A stretch of DNA of 61,541 nucleotides, counting the filler. It is 9 parts of 9 records of this genome, joined end to end, with 100 filler letters (N's around TTAATTAATTAA, not from the genome) between each part and the next. Parts side by side here need not be neighbours in the genome. Positions count along the whole stretch, not along the records: positions 1 to 5,382 come from SRR31147125_73454; positions 5,483 to 10,863 come from SRR31147125_73649; 7 more parts are not named here. One strand, written 5' to 3'. Positions within the stretch are counted from its first letter, which is position 1; each line of letters begins with the position of its first letter. Both the position numbers and the translations under genes were made by a program. Below the pieces are notes generated by a model. That model worked only from the letters and a program-made list of their open reading frames with translations, did no database searches and was not told the origin of the DNA. This document shows, one piece after another, positions 1 to 10,375 of this stretch.

Positions 1-261
1 CAGTTTCTGGCGGTAGCGCTCGTCATGGGTATCCAATCGTTTTTCACCGGTCAGAAAATCTGTCAATTCTCCCATGACCAGGTGGTGGGAATCGTGTGAC
101 ATGGCCCTTCTCCCTCAATATACGGTTTAACCCAAGATAACCCCGGTTCCGGGCAAAATCAAATCCCAAAATCAATTCTGATCTGAAAAATCTTGATTTT
201 AGCACCGTACAGGGCTATTTAACCGGAAATATTCTCTATAATCTAAAGTGAGGAGAGCGTC

Positions 262-822
262 ATGGCCGCCCTGATTGATGATGTCCTGCCCGTATATGAC
301 CACAATGAAATCCACAGGATCACCATTTCACAGCCTGGGAGCCGGATATATCCCTTACTTTCCACCCTGGACATGAACCCCTCCAAGCTGATCAAAACCC
401 TGTTTCTGCTTCGGGGTATGCCGGCCCGGGACATCCGTCTGGACCGGATGATCAATGCCGGACCCTTTGCCGTTCTGGACGCGGATCCGGACAGGGAACT
501 CCTTCTGGGACTGCTGACCGACCATATTGTAACCCCTGTACCCATTGAAGAAAAGACCTGCTCTGCCAAGGCCTTTTTCAATGGATGGCAGCCGGACCAG
601 GGATTAAAAATCGCCTGGAACTTCAGCCTGGATACGGGGGACAGGCCCGGGACCACCCTGGTGACCACGGAAACCCGTATCAAATGCCTGGGCCGGAGGG
701 CCAAAACCTTTTTCAGGGCCTATTGGACGGTGATCCGGCCCTTTAGCGGCCTGGTCCGCATGGAAATGCTCAAACTGCTTAAAGCCGATGCGGAAAGCCT
801 ACCGGAGGAAGCGTCCGGCTAA
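262..822 (+). CDS. Conserved hypothetical protein (DUF2867-like)
   Basis: 186-aa ORF with GAGGAG RBS; C-terminal 'TETRIKC...FRAYWTVIRPFSGLVR' motif typical of this family. Confidence 0.6.
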   Translation: MAALIDDVLPVYDHNEIHRITISQPGSRIYPLLSTLDMNPSKLIKTLFLLRGMPARDIRLDRMINAGPFAVLDADPDRELLLGLLTDHIVTPVPIEEKTCSAKAFFNGWQPDQGLKIAWNFSLDTGDRPGTTLVTTETRIKCLGRRAKTFFRAYWTVIRPFSGLVRMEMLKLLKADAESLPEEASG

Positions 823-1100
823 GCCAGGGGATGTTCCAAAAAAATAAGTATTTATCCTACAGGAATGTCAGGCCGTCTGCCTACATGAATTTTAGGTTTT
901 TCACCGATTGCCTTACCACAACCGATTTGCCAGTCTGGATTAAACGCCAATACTGCAAAAGCCCAGAAGATTCCATTTTCTTGGGGCCAGGGTAGCATCT
1001 GCAGTTTCCCAGCGTTTTATTTAAATTCACTCGTTTTCATTATTTTTAATATGGTTCTTATGCCGCATTGGGGCAAATTCCTTTAAGAAAGGAGGCTATT

Positions 1101-2468
1101 ATGGGCATTCCAGAGTACAGCGTCGGTGAAACCACCATTGGCGGATTGGTGGATGCAGTGGCGGATCAATTCCCCCAAAACAGGGCAGTGGCCTATTATG
1201 AGTACAATTTGGAGCATACCTGGGACCAGTTCAGGGAAATCTGCAACCAGACGGCCAAAGCCTTGATGGCATTGGGCATTAAAAAGGGGGACAAGGTGGC
1301 GGTCTGGGCCAATAATGTCCCCCAGTGGCTCTATACCCAGTATGCCACAGGTAAGATGGGGGGCGTCCTGGTGACGGTGAACACCAATTATAAAAGCGTT
1401 GAACTGGAATACCTCATGGACCAGTCCGACGCGGCCACCCTGATCTTCATCGGCGGGGTCCGTGCCCATGATGAATACCTTGAGGTCATCCGGAAGATCT
1501 GCCCGGAGGTGGACACCTGCGAACCGGGCCGGCTGACCTGTAAAAATCTGCCCATGCTGAAAAACCTCATATTTATCGGGGATATAAAGGACAAGCCCAA
1601 AGGGGCGTTCGGGTGGGACCAGATCATGGAAATGGGGGCATCAATCCCTGATGGGGACCTGGCCGCCCGCCAGGCGTCCCTGGATCCGGATGAGGTCATC
1701 AATATGCAGTATACCTCGGGCACCACGGGATTTCCCAAGGGCGTGATGCTCACCCATACCAATATCATCGGCAATGCCAAAAGCATCGGCAAATGCATGG
1801 ATCTTTCCTCGGAGGACAACTTATGCATCCCAGTGCCCTTTTTCCATTGTTTCGGCTCTGTTCTGGGCACCCTGGCCTGTGTGGTCTCAGGGGCCACCAT
1901 CTCCCCTGTGGTCCAGTTCAGGGCGGACCTGGTCCTGGAAACGGTCCAGGCGTTAGGCTGCACCGCCCTTCACGGGGTCCCCACAATGTTTATCGCCGAA
2001 CTGGAAGAGATGAAAAAAAACGCCTATGACACCGCCACCCTGCGCACCGGAATCATGGCCGGTTCCCCCTGCCCTGTGGAGGTGATGAAAAAGGTGGTGG
2101 ACCTCATGGGCGCCCGGGAAATGACCATTGCCTACGGCCAGACCGAGGCCTCCCCTGTGATCACCCAGACCCGGCCAACGGATGGTCTGGACCTGAGGGT
2201 GACCACGGTGGGCCGGGCCCTGCCCGATGTGGAGGTCAAGATCGTGGATCCGGCCACTGGCAGGGAGGTTGATTTCGGGGTCCAGGGGGAATTGTGCACC
2301 CGGGGCTACCATGTGATGAAGGGATATTATAAAAATGGAGAAGCCACAAAGGAAGCCATCTGCCCGGAAGGCTGGCTCCACACCGGGGACCTGGCCGTCA
2401 TGGATGAATTCGGGTATTGCAGAATCACCGGACGGATCAAAAAAGCCGCCGAAATTGTAACGGCCTGA
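1101..2468 (+). CDS. AMP-binding acyl-CoA synthetase lacking the C-terminal subdomain (in-frame internal deletion)
   Basis: YTSGTTGFPKG, YGQTE, GWLHTGD and GRIK motifs; GGAGG RBS before ATG 1101; ORF ends 8 residues after GRIK. Confidence 0.9.
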   Translation: MGIPEYSVGETTIGGLVDAVADQFPQNRAVAYYEYNLEHTWDQFREICNQTAKALMALGIKKGDKVAVWANNVPQWLYTQYATGKMGGVLVTVNTNYKSVELEYLMDQSDAATLIFIGGVRAHDEYLEVIRKICPEVDTCEPGRLTCKNLPMLKNLIFIGDIKDKPKGAFGWDQIMEMGASIPDGDLAARQASLDPDEVINMQYTSGTTGFPKGVMLTHTNIIGNAKSIGKCMDLSSEDNLCIPVPFFHCFGSVLGTLACVVSGATISPVVQFRADLVLETVQALGCTALHGVPTMFIAELEEMKKNAYDTATLRTGIMAGSPCPVEVMKKVVDLMGAREMTIAYGQTEASPVITQTRPTDGLDLRVTTVGRALPDVEVKIVDPATGREVDFGVQGELCTRGYHVMKGYYKNGEATKEAICPEGWLHTGDLAVMDEFGYCRITGRIKKAAEIVTA

Positions 2469-2483
2469 TACCGGTATGGATAT

Positions 2484-2524
2484 AAAAACGGTCCGGCAGC
2501 CCTTTTGGCGGCCGGACCGTTTTT
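2484..2524. terminator. Bidirectional intrinsic terminator
   Basis: AAAAACGGTCCGGC...GCCGGACCGTTTTT hairpin between convergent genes. Confidence 0.85.
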
Positions 2525-2539
2525 CCTTTGGATCAGAAC

Positions 2540-4357
2540 CTAATCCAGAACCAGGTCCACAAATTCAGGGGGGTTGCCCGCCTTCATCTCCACCAGGCCC
2601 CGGTTGGAGAGCCTCAGTTCCCCCAGGACCACCAGGCCCAGCAGGCTCATGGTCATTTCAAAGGCCTTGTGGGGGCAGCCGATGGCACCCAGGGCCTTTT
2701 CAATTTCCACCACCTTGCCTGCAACATATTCTACCGGTTCAAGGCTCATGAGCCCTGCCAGGGGCAGGGGCAGATGGGCCAGGACCGCGCCGTTGTCCAC
2801 CACAGCAATCCCCCCTTTGGATTCAATGAGGGTATTGGCGGCCAGAACCATGGCCGCATCATCCATCCCCACCACCAACAGGTTGTGGCAGTCATGGGAT
2901 ACCGTGGAGGCATAGGCGGTGCCGGGCGTGAACCCGGTACCGGACACAAACCCCAAGGCCCGGGTGTTTTCCGCCCCATTGCCGCCCTTGTGCCGGTAGA
3001 ACATGGCAGCCTTGGCAATATCCCGGCCCGGATCGGCACAAAGCCCGCCCTCCCCGGCCCCAAGCTCCGCAGTTTCAGACAGGGTATGGACCCGGCCCGG
3101 GACCAGGCGGATCACCCGGACCGTTTTATTTTGCCCGGCATCTGCCTCAATGGAAAAATCCTTGGGCGACAGGGGGGAAAGATGAACGGTGTTCACAGCC
3201 CAGTCGGGATATTCATAGGTCCTGGGTGCATCGGTCAGCCGCCCGTCCCGGGCCGCCACTTCCCCGTCGGATATGACCGTTTCAATACTCATGGCGCTCA
3301 GATCATCCACAACCAGGATATCTGCGGCCCGGCCCGGGGTGATGGAACCGATCCACTGATCCTGTCCCAGAAGCTGGGCCGGATTCAAGGTGGCCATCTG
3401 GATGGCGGTGATGGGATTGAGCCCGAGACTGACGGCCTTTCTCACCACCCGGACCAGATGGCCTTCTTCCACAATGGTGGCCGGGGTCACATCATCGGTG
3501 ACCAGGGTGAAAAACCGGGTATCCAGGCCCGGGTTTTCAAGAACCGCCGTGATCAGGTTGGGCAGGTCCAGCCAGGCGCTGCCGTAGCGCTGCTGGACGT
3601 ACATCCCCAGCTGGGCCCGGGCCATGGCCCCTTCAGCCGTAGTGGTTTCATGGTCGGCCATCATGCCAGAGGCGATATAGGCGTTGAGTCCCCCGTTCAG
3701 GTCGTCACCGGCATAATGGCCGGTAAGGGCCTTGCCGGCCGAAAGCCCTTCTGCCGTAATGGCATGGACAGTCTTGTCCCCGAAAATGACCCCTGGAAAA
3801 TTCATCTGCTCCCCCTGTAAAAAGGCAAGGCCCGCCCCATAGGCGTCCCTGACATCCCCAGGGCTGATCTCGGCGCCGGCATCTTCCATGCCCGGAAGGG
3901 AGGGCACGCATACGGGCATGGCCGTCAACACTTTCAGGCCTAAGGATTCGGCCGTATCCTTAAACAGGGTCAAGGCATCCATGCCCAGGACATTGGTGAT
4001 TTCATGGATATCCGGACAGATGGTGGTGGTGCCGTGGGGCAAAACCCCGGCGGCAAAGGAGGGCAGGTCCACCATGGAGCTTTCCACGTGCATGTGGGAA
4101 TCAATGAACCCGGGGCAAAGGTATTTACCTGTGGCGTCAATAACCCGGGTCTCTTCTGTTCTCTGGACATGGGATGCGTCACCCACCAGGGCGATCACCC
4201 CCTGGTATACGGCGATGTCGCAGTTTTTCCGGATCCGTGCCGTACAGACATCGACAATATTTCCGTTTGTGATCAACAATTGGGCGGGTTTGCGGCCCAT
4301 GGCCACGGCAGCCAGTTCCCGGGTGATCCTGTGCCGGGTATGATATATTGGGTCCAT
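2540..4357 (-). CDS. ade: Adenine deaminase (amidohydrolase superfamily)
   Basis: PGFIDSHMHVESSM, DHE, VTDD and SHDCHN motifs; GGAG RBS before ATG 4357. Confidence 0.9.
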   Translation of the reverse strand: MDPIYHTRHRITRELAAVAMGRKPAQLLITNGNIVDVCTARIRKNCDIAVYQGVIALVGDASHVQRTEETRVIDATGKYLCPGFIDSHMHVESSMVDLPSFAAGVLPHGTTTICPDIHEITNVLGMDALTLFKDTAESLGLKVLTAMPVCVPSLPGMEDAGAEISPGDVRDAYGAGLAFLQGEQMNFPGVIFGDKTVHAITAEGLSAGKALTGHYAGDDLNGGLNAYIASGMMADHETTTAEGAMARAQLGMYVQQRYGSAWLDLPNLITAVLENPGLDTRFFTLVTDDVTPATIVEEGHLVRVVRKAVSLGLNPITAIQMATLNPAQLLGQDQWIGSITPGRAADILVVDDLSAMSIETVISDGEVAARDGRLTDAPRTYEYPDWAVNTVHLSPLSPKDFSIEADAGQNKTVRVIRLVPGRVHTLSETAELGAGEGGLCADPGRDIAKAAMFYRHKGGNGAENTRALGFVSGTGFTPGTAYASTVSHDCHNLLVVGMDDAAMVLAANTLIESKGGIAVVDNGAVLAHLPLPLAGLMSLEPVEYVAGKVVEIEKALGAIGCPHKAFEMTMSLLGLVVLGELRLSNRGLVEMKAGNPPEFVDLVLD

Positions 4358-4440
4358 TTTAAGATCTCCATTATTTTTATAGATGCATGGGGAGAGGTGC
4401 TGACTTGGGTCAGTTTTTTCCTGATGGTCTCTTTGGTGAT

Positions 4441-4469
4441 ATACTAATCCCAAGCCCCTTCCATGTCAA
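4441..4469 (-). promoter_or_regulatory. sigma70 promoter for ade
   Basis: TTGACA-17 nt-TAGTAT on the minus strand. Confidence 0.65.
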
Positions 4470-4649
4470 CCAGCAGGCCCGGCAGAAAAAACCCGGAGGC
4501 CAATCATTTCGGCCATCTCCATATTTTTATCGCCTCCAGGGGTTGACTTTATGCCAGGAATTCAGAGAATATTCGACACCGGCTTTTATCATTGCCCGAT
4601 TTGGGCCGGTTGTCTTGGAACGACTAATCCCATACAGGAGCCTTTCGTC

Positions 4650-5382
4650 ATGCTTAAAAAGGGAAAGAAAAAAACTGCCCTTCTATAAAAAACTTTTCAT
4701 GCGCATCCTGGCCGGTGGAGTCAACCGGGTGGACTTTGTCCGCCTCATTGAACGTATCGCCAATACCAGGACGGGACAAGGTCATCTGGAACAATACCAG
4801 ACCCTTCCGACGGACTGGGAAAACACCGCCGAAATCAGCGCACTTGCCGCCGAACTGACCATGAACCAGCTGGCAAGAGAGGGCCGGGAAGCCGACCCTT
4901 CCGAAATCCGGGACCTGATCTCCGAGATTGAAATCCAATACAGCCGGGAACTGCACATCAACGGGGCCGCCGCGCTCAAGACCATTTTTAACCAGGTCTT
5001 TGAGCACACCAGTGAAGACCTGCCCTTTGTCTCTGCCAACCAAAGGGACCTTAAGCATCTTGACACCTTAAAAGCCTACCGGGAACAGGGCCTGGGCGTG
5101 CTCTACCTTATCAACCACAACTCCCACCTGGACGAATTTATCTTTAATGTCCTCATGCAGGATATGGGCATGGGGCTTCCCGTATTTGCCGCAGGCCAGA
5201 ATATGATGGCCGTGAAAAGCATTGCCAAGGTCCTCATGATCGGCTCCTATGTGGTGCTCAGAAAAGGGGCCTCCCGCCACCAGATGGCCGCCCTCTACAA
5301 TTATTGCAGCGCCCTGAGCCGGAAAGGGGCCCAGCAGGGTATTTTTCTGGAGGCCTGGCGGGGCGGGGCCAGGACCCGGGAC
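4650..5382 (+). CDS. Glycerol-3-phosphate/1-acylglycerol-phosphate acyltransferase (PlsB/PlsC family), 3' truncated by contig end; 5' homopolymer frameshift
   Basis: NHNSHLD (HX4D), FAAGQNM and IFLE motifs; AGGAG RBS before ATG 4650. Confidence 0.8.
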
Positions 5383-5482
5383 NNNNNNNNNNNNNNNNNN
5401 NNNNNNNNNNNNNNNNNNNNNNNNNNTTAATTAATTAANNNNNNNNNNNNNNNNNNNNNNNNNNNNNNNNNNNNNNNNNNNN
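5383..5482. other. Artificial contig spacer (first of eight)
   Basis: N-run, TTAATTAATTAA, N-run; repeated at 10864, 19245, 26025, 34645, 40019, 48669 and 55016. Confidence 0.99.
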
Positions 5483-5574
5483 GCCCCTACACCCGCCACA
5501 TCCCATCCGATTTCGTCGAAAAAATCGTCCCTTCCCCAGCCAATTCCAGTGTTCCCTTGCGCGTGATTTCCGCA

Positions 5575-5706
5575 AAGGAACTTTATGTGGATGCGAGAAG
5601 GAAACGGCCTGAACGCTGGAGTGGCTCCATACGGGACTGGGAACCGACACAAGTGGTTTGTTTAAATCCGGGAAGAACAAAGCTGCCGGCGCGGAAAGCC
5701 GCGTAG
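5575..5706 (+). mobile_element. IS3-family transposase C-terminal remnant
   Basis: Manual translation KELYVDARRKRPERWSGSIRDWEPTQVVCLNP...* matches the 'LY..AR...PERWSG..R.W.....V.LNP' tail of IS3 transposases; absent from the ORF track. Confidence 0.7.
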
Positions 5707-5863
5707 AGTCCACAGGTAGGCTACCTATTTGGGGAGCATTTTATACGTAATCTGGAGAGGGGCCAGCCCTTTCCACCGCCGGGCGGGAGGTGCAAGTAGC
5801 CCGCAGGGCGCCTTGCACCGCCTGCACTGCGGAACCTGCCGGAGGCATTGCGCTGAAATATTC

Positions 5864-6286
5864 TCAGGAGCCAGAAATACCCAACATTCTAATATAAGGA
5901 TATTTGTGCTTATACACGAACTGGAAGAAAAGACCCGTGACAGACCCCACCCGGTTTTTGCCCAGACGTTCGAGATCAGGAATACGATCATCGTAGCGCG
6001 CATCGTCGATATACACTTTTTCCTTCCTGACAATATCAAGGATCTGGGTAAGGGTATCGTAGGTGACAGGTGAGATGCTGCGATAAGAAACCCCATGAGA
6101 AATCTTGACTTCTATTTTCTTTTCTTTAGTATTGATGATCCAGAAGATGCATCCTTTCGCCTCGGTTTTCTTTGTGATATTGGAGACAATACAATCCAGG
6201 ATCGTACCCGTATCGGTACCCGAGTGGATCGATTTGCTGATCTGGGCGAATGTTTCAAAATAGGCGAAATTGAAACTATCTTTCAA
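5864..6286 (-). pseudogene. GAF-domain protein, probably truncated
   Basis: GAF-like N-terminus (ILDCIVSNITKKTEAKGCIFW...YIDDARYDDRI) ends before the last strand/helix, next to mobile-element debris. Confidence 0.55.
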
Positions 6287-6339
6287 TTACGATTTAAAAC
6301 TATTTTCAAGGAAAAGGTCTTAGGATGAAAAAGGAAGGG

Positions 6340-6921
6340 ATGGAAAAACCTGCGCTGTTAATCATCGACATGGTCAAGGACACCTTTGATGAATCCCACC
6401 GGTTGCCGATTACCCCGCTGGCCAAAACGATCATCGAGCCGATCAACCGCCTGATCTCGGTTTTTCGCAAACAACAGTGGCCCATTGTTTTCGCCACCGA
6501 CGCCTTTCACGAAAAAGATTTTCTTTTCAAGGGCAGGATGAAGCCCCACTCGATAAGGGGTACCGAGGGTGCCCAGGTCATTGAGGAATTGGATCGTCAA
6601 GCGCAAGACTTGTGGCTGCCAAAACCAAAATTCTCCGCTTTTTTCGGTACCGACTTGAATGAATGGCTCACACAGCGGGACGTGACCCTTTGCGCCGTGG
6701 CCGGTATCGCCACCAATTTTTGTGTCCTGACCACCGCCATGGATGCATTGTGTCGCGATTTCAACGCTGTCATCCTGGAGGACTGCACCATGGCCGGCAC
6801 GCGCGAGCTACATTCCCAGACCCTGAATACCTATCGCCGCAATCCGCTGGACCCATTGTTGCGAGTACTGGATTCCCATCAGTTCATGAATAACATGGGG
6901 ACAAACCCTTCATCCGTGTGA
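6340..6921 (+). CDS. Isochorismatase/nicotinamidase-family cysteine hydrolase
   Basis: ALLIIDM, KPKFSAF and GIATNFCV catalytic D-K-C motifs. Confidence 0.9.
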   Translation: MEKPALLIIDMVKDTFDESHRLPITPLAKTIIEPINRLISVFRKQQWPIVFATDAFHEKDFLFKGRMKPHSIRGTEGAQVIEELDRQAQDLWLPKPKFSAFFGTDLNEWLTQRDVTLCAVAGIATNFCVLTTAMDALCRDFNAVILEDCTMAGTRELHSQTLNTYRRNPLDPLLRVLDSHQFMNNMGTNPSSV

Positions 6922-7019
6922 CAATTTTGTTTAGGTCACTCCAATGGTCGCCCCATGGCCGGCATCGCATCACATCATGCCCGCTGGAAGGTTTGATGGC
7001 ACCGCATCGGCAAAAAACA

Positions 7020-7070
7020 ACAGCGTCCCCGATGGGCGGCAGTACCGGCCCGACCCATCAGGGACGCTGT
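7020..7070. terminator. GC-rich hairpin between convergent genes
   Basis: ACAGCGTCCC.GATGGG...CCCATC.GGGACGCTGT inverted repeat. Confidence 0.6.
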
Positions 7071-7112
7071 CAATTCAAAGATTCCAATTTACGACTCGAT
7101 TGGAGCCTTGGC

Positions 7113-8675
7113 TCAGACCGCCGCCGTCTGACCGTTCTCCTCCTTCAGCATGAAGCGCTTGATCTTTCCCGTCGCCGTTTTAGGCAGATCATCTACAAAC
7201 TCGACCCAGCGTGGATATTTGTAATGGGCCAGGGCCTTTTTGACATAGTCCTTGATCTCCCTGGCCAGGGCATCGTTGGGCGCGTCGCCATTCTGAAGCA
7301 CCACATACGCCTTGGGCTTGATAAGGTTTTCGGCATCCGGCGCGCCGACCACCGCGCATTCCAGTACATTGGGATGTTCCATGATACAGGCTTCCACCTC
7401 GATGGGAGAGACCCATATTCCGCCAACCTTGAGCATGTCGTTGGAGCGTCCCACGTAAAAGAAATAGCCGTCCTCGTCACGGAAGAACTTGTCGTCGGTA
7501 TTGATCCACTCCCCCATCATGGTCGCCTTGGATTTTTCGTGTTTGTTCCAATAGCAAGCCGCCGTGCTGTCCCCTTTGATGAAAAGCGTGCCGATCTCGC
7601 CGTCGGGCACATCGTTGAAATCACCGTCCACGATGCGCGCCTCGTAACCGGGCACCAGCTTGCCGGTTGACCCCGGTCGCATGTCATCGACGCGGTTGGA
7701 GATGAAGATGTGGGATATTTCCGTGGATCCGATACCGTCCATGATGCCCACATCGAAGCGCTGTTTCCAGCGTTTAAGGATCTCCGCCGGCAGTGCCTCA
7801 CCGGCCGAGACACACACCCGCACGCGGCCCATGCCACCGTCGACGGTCAGCATGCTGCCGAACAGCGTGGGCACGCCATAGAAGATGGTCGGCTGATGGC
7901 GGGCAATGGTCTCATACATGGCATCGGGCGTGGGCCGCCCGGGGTGGTAGACAGCCGTGGCGCCGACGCTGAATGGAAAGTAGAGGCCATTGCCCAACCC
8001 ATAGGCAAAGAACAGTTTGGCACCGGAGAAGCACACGTCATCTTCCTTGACCTGAAGCACCTGCTTGCCATAGGTTTCGGCGGCATAGACGATATCATGC
8101 TGAAGGTGAACGGTTCCTTTCGGCAGGCCCGTGGACCCGGAGCTGTACAGCCAGAAACAGCTGTCACAAGGGGTCGTGGGCGCGGCCTCCAGCACATCGG
8201 ACTGCTCGGCAACCCATCCGTCAAACCCCAGGTCCGATCCTTCCGCCTGGCCGCCGACCACGATCACATGTTCGAGAAACATGGTCTTGGGACGAATCTC
8301 ATTGATGATCGGCAGGAGACTCTGGTCCACCATCAGCACGCGGGCACGGCTGTCGTTGAGAAAATAGAGGTAATCCTTGGGCCGCATCAGGGTGTTCAGA
8401 CAAATGGGCACCGCGCCGATCTTGATGGCCCCGAAAAAGGCCTGGGGATACACTTCGGTATCCAAAAGCAAGAGGGCGACGCGTTCTTCCATGCGCACAT
8501 CGAGGGTTTTCAGCCCGTTACCGACCCGGTTCATCCCTTGTTGAATCTCACCATACGTCGTTTGGCGGTCTTCACAAACGACGGCGATCTTGCCGGCACG
8601 CCCCTCGCGAATGTTGCGATCCACGAAATAATCGGCTGCATTGAATTCATCCGGCAGGTTTAACGTAAAGTCCAT
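7113..8675 (-). CDS. Benzoate-CoA ligase family protein
   Basis: FWLYSSGSTGLPKG, AKLFFAYGLGN, DGIGSTE and LPKTATGKIKRF motifs; AGGAG RBS before ATG 8675. Confidence 0.9.
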   Translation of the reverse strand: MDFTLNLPDEFNAADYFVDRNIREGRAGKIAVVCEDRQTTYGEIQQGMNRVGNGLKTLDVRMEERVALLLLDTEVYPQAFFGAIKIGAVPICLNTLMRPKDYLYFLNDSRARVLMVDQSLLPIINEIRPKTMFLEHVIVVGGQAEGSDLGFDGWVAEQSDVLEAAPTTPCDSCFWLYSSGSTGLPKGTVHLQHDIVYAAETYGKQVLQVKEDDVCFSGAKLFFAYGLGNGLYFPFSVGATAVYHPGRPTPDAMYETIARHQPTIFYGVPTLFGSMLTVDGGMGRVRVCVSAGEALPAEILKRWKQRFDVGIMDGIGSTEISHIFISNRVDDMRPGSTGKLVPGYEARIVDGDFNDVPDGEIGTLFIKGDSTAACYWNKHEKSKATMMGEWINTDDKFFRDEDGYFFYVGRSNDMLKVGGIWVSPIEVEACIMEHPNVLECAVVGAPDAENLIKPKAYVVLQNGDAPNDALAREIKDYVKKALAHYKYPRWVEFVDDLPKTATGKIKRFMLKEENGQTAAV

Positions 8676-8814
8676 CCATCGACTCCTTTCGGCGCTCCGG
8701 GGAGGGCGCGACCGAGGCCGGCCCTGATTTAAAAGGGCCCGCGACTGTCCGGCCACCACCTCGGAGTCATTATCAATATTTAAAAAATAGGTCATTGATT
8801 ATTGACGACAAGAA

Positions 8815-10347
8815 CTATGCATTGGCCAGCTCGCGCTCGACACGTTCACTCGTACCGCCGTTCAGTGACGGGTGGAAAAACAGGTCCAGGCTTTTCTTTT
8901 CCACTTTGCCGGGTTTGGTAACCAGACAGACGCCGAAGAACACCACGCCGGCGGCGATGAATGCGGCCAGGAAGCCATTGAGCTGAAAAAGATTGGCCTG
9001 GGGAAAAAGAACCATGCTCTTGCCGCCCCAGAAGAAAAATACAAGGTTCAACCCCAACCCGACAATGGTGCTGGCCATGGCACCGGCACTGGTGGCGCGT
9101 TTCCAGAAATAGGCGCCCCACAGGGGAAAAATGGTGACGGCCACGGTGCCGAAGGCCAGCACGGACAGTTCGGCCACCGGTGTATTCGGATTCCAGGCGA
9201 GGATCACGCACACGGCCATGATTGCGGCCACCGACCAGCGTGCCGCGCTGACCAACCCCTTCTGATCCGTATTGGGGGCGGCCAGTTTGAGCAGATCATT
9301 GGCCAGGTTGGTGGCATTCCCGAAAACCAACCCGTTGACCGTCGACATGGCGGCGGTGAATCCACCGGCAACCGCCAGGGCCGCCAGCCAGTCGGGGAGG
9401 ATACGGGATGCGACGATGCCGTATACTTTATCCGCTTCCACGCCTTTCAGCCCGGGAACGATGACGGTGGAGGCAATGCCCACGATGGTCGGCATGGTGA
9501 TGATGATCAGGCAGATCCCACCGAAGCCTAGCACCATGGCCTTGAAGCCCTTGGCCGTGCGACTGGAATAGGCGTGCATGTAGGGCTGTGGGAAGCAGAC
9601 ACATCCCAGGCACATGGCCGCGGCAAAACCGAAAACCATGGGGTAGCTCCACAGTTTGCCCCCCTTGGCGCCCAGTTCAAAGAGATGCGGATGGGCCTCG
9701 AAAACCAATTCCATGGTCGGCACGAAACCGCCGTTCTTGGCCATGACGGCAAAGAAGAGCACGAATACCATGATGGAGAAAAAGACGCCCTGGACCGTAT
9801 TGACCCAGGCCGCGCCTTTCATTCCTCCCATGATCAAATATAAGGAGATGAATACGGGTACGAAAAACATGCCCACATGATAGGGAATGGCCTTATGGCT
9901 GAGGGCTTCGACCATGATGCCGATGCCCTGCACCTGGGCCACCAGGTAAGGGATGGAGGCCAGTAGCACAACGATTGGAATCACGGTGCGCATCCCATTG
10001 CCGTAGCGTTCGCCGAAGGGCATGCCCATGGACATCCAGCCGCGCGCCCGGCCCAGGATGAATGTCTTGCGATGCATGTAGTACCATAGCGCCCCCAGGG
10101 GAACGAGATTCACGGTGAGCACAAACAGGGCGCCAAACCCGGTGCGGTACCCCAGGCTGGACATGCCGAACATGGAAAAGGCGCTTAGGAATGAGGCCAG
10201 CAGGCTGAAAATCAAAACAAAGTAGCCAAGACTGGAACCGGCCACGAAATAATCATCCGGCGTACGGGTGTATCCCTTACGAAAAGCCAAATAGCCGACA
10301 AAAACTGAAACCAAGCAGATCGCGGTAATTACACTGATGGCAAACAT
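8815..10347 (-). CDS. Sodium:solute symporter (SSS family)
   Basis: About 13 hydrophobic segments; DYFVAG, GGMKGAAWVNTVQ and AAMSTVNG motifs. Confidence 0.9.
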   Translation of the reverse strand: MFAISVITAICLVSVFVGYLAFRKGYTRTPDDYFVAGSSLGYFVLIFSLLASFLSAFSMFGMSSLGYRTGFGALFVLTVNLVPLGALWYYMHRKTFILGRARGWMSMGMPFGERYGNGMRTVIPIVVLLASIPYLVAQVQGIGIMVEALSHKAIPYHVGMFFVPVFISLYLIMGGMKGAAWVNTVQGVFFSIMVFVLFFAVMAKNGGFVPTMELVFEAHPHLFELGAKGGKLWSYPMVFGFAAAMCLGCVCFPQPYMHAYSSRTAKGFKAMVLGFGGICLIIITMPTIVGIASTVIVPGLKGVEADKVYGIVASRILPDWLAALAVAGGFTAAMSTVNGLVFGNATNLANDLLKLAAPNTDQKGLVSAARWSVAAIMAVCVILAWNPNTPVAELSVLAFGTVAVTIFPLWGAYFWKRATSAGAMASTIVGLGLNLVFFFWGGKSMVLFPQANLFQLNGFLAAFIAAGVVFFGVCLVTKPGKVEKKSLDLFFHPSLNGGTSERVERELANA

Positions 10348-10375
10348 GGATAACTCCTTTCGGTAGCGGGGCGGT

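Noticed and set aside
823-1100. Structured RNA in the leader of the acyl-CoA synthetase
   Set aside because: Only weak imperfect pairing around 952-1005; no family signature recognised
2528-3820. Long antisense ORFs (430 aa here; also 7710-8663 and 24944-25753)
   Set aside because: Shadow frames of GC-rich genes with no recognisable motifs
4358-4440. Purine riboswitch upstream of ade
   Set aside because: The leader lacks the conserved purine-aptamer core and three-stem junction
5427-5438. Recurring TTAATTAATTAA palindrome as a biological repeat
   Set aside because: Always embedded in N-runs; it is an artificial six-frame stop linker
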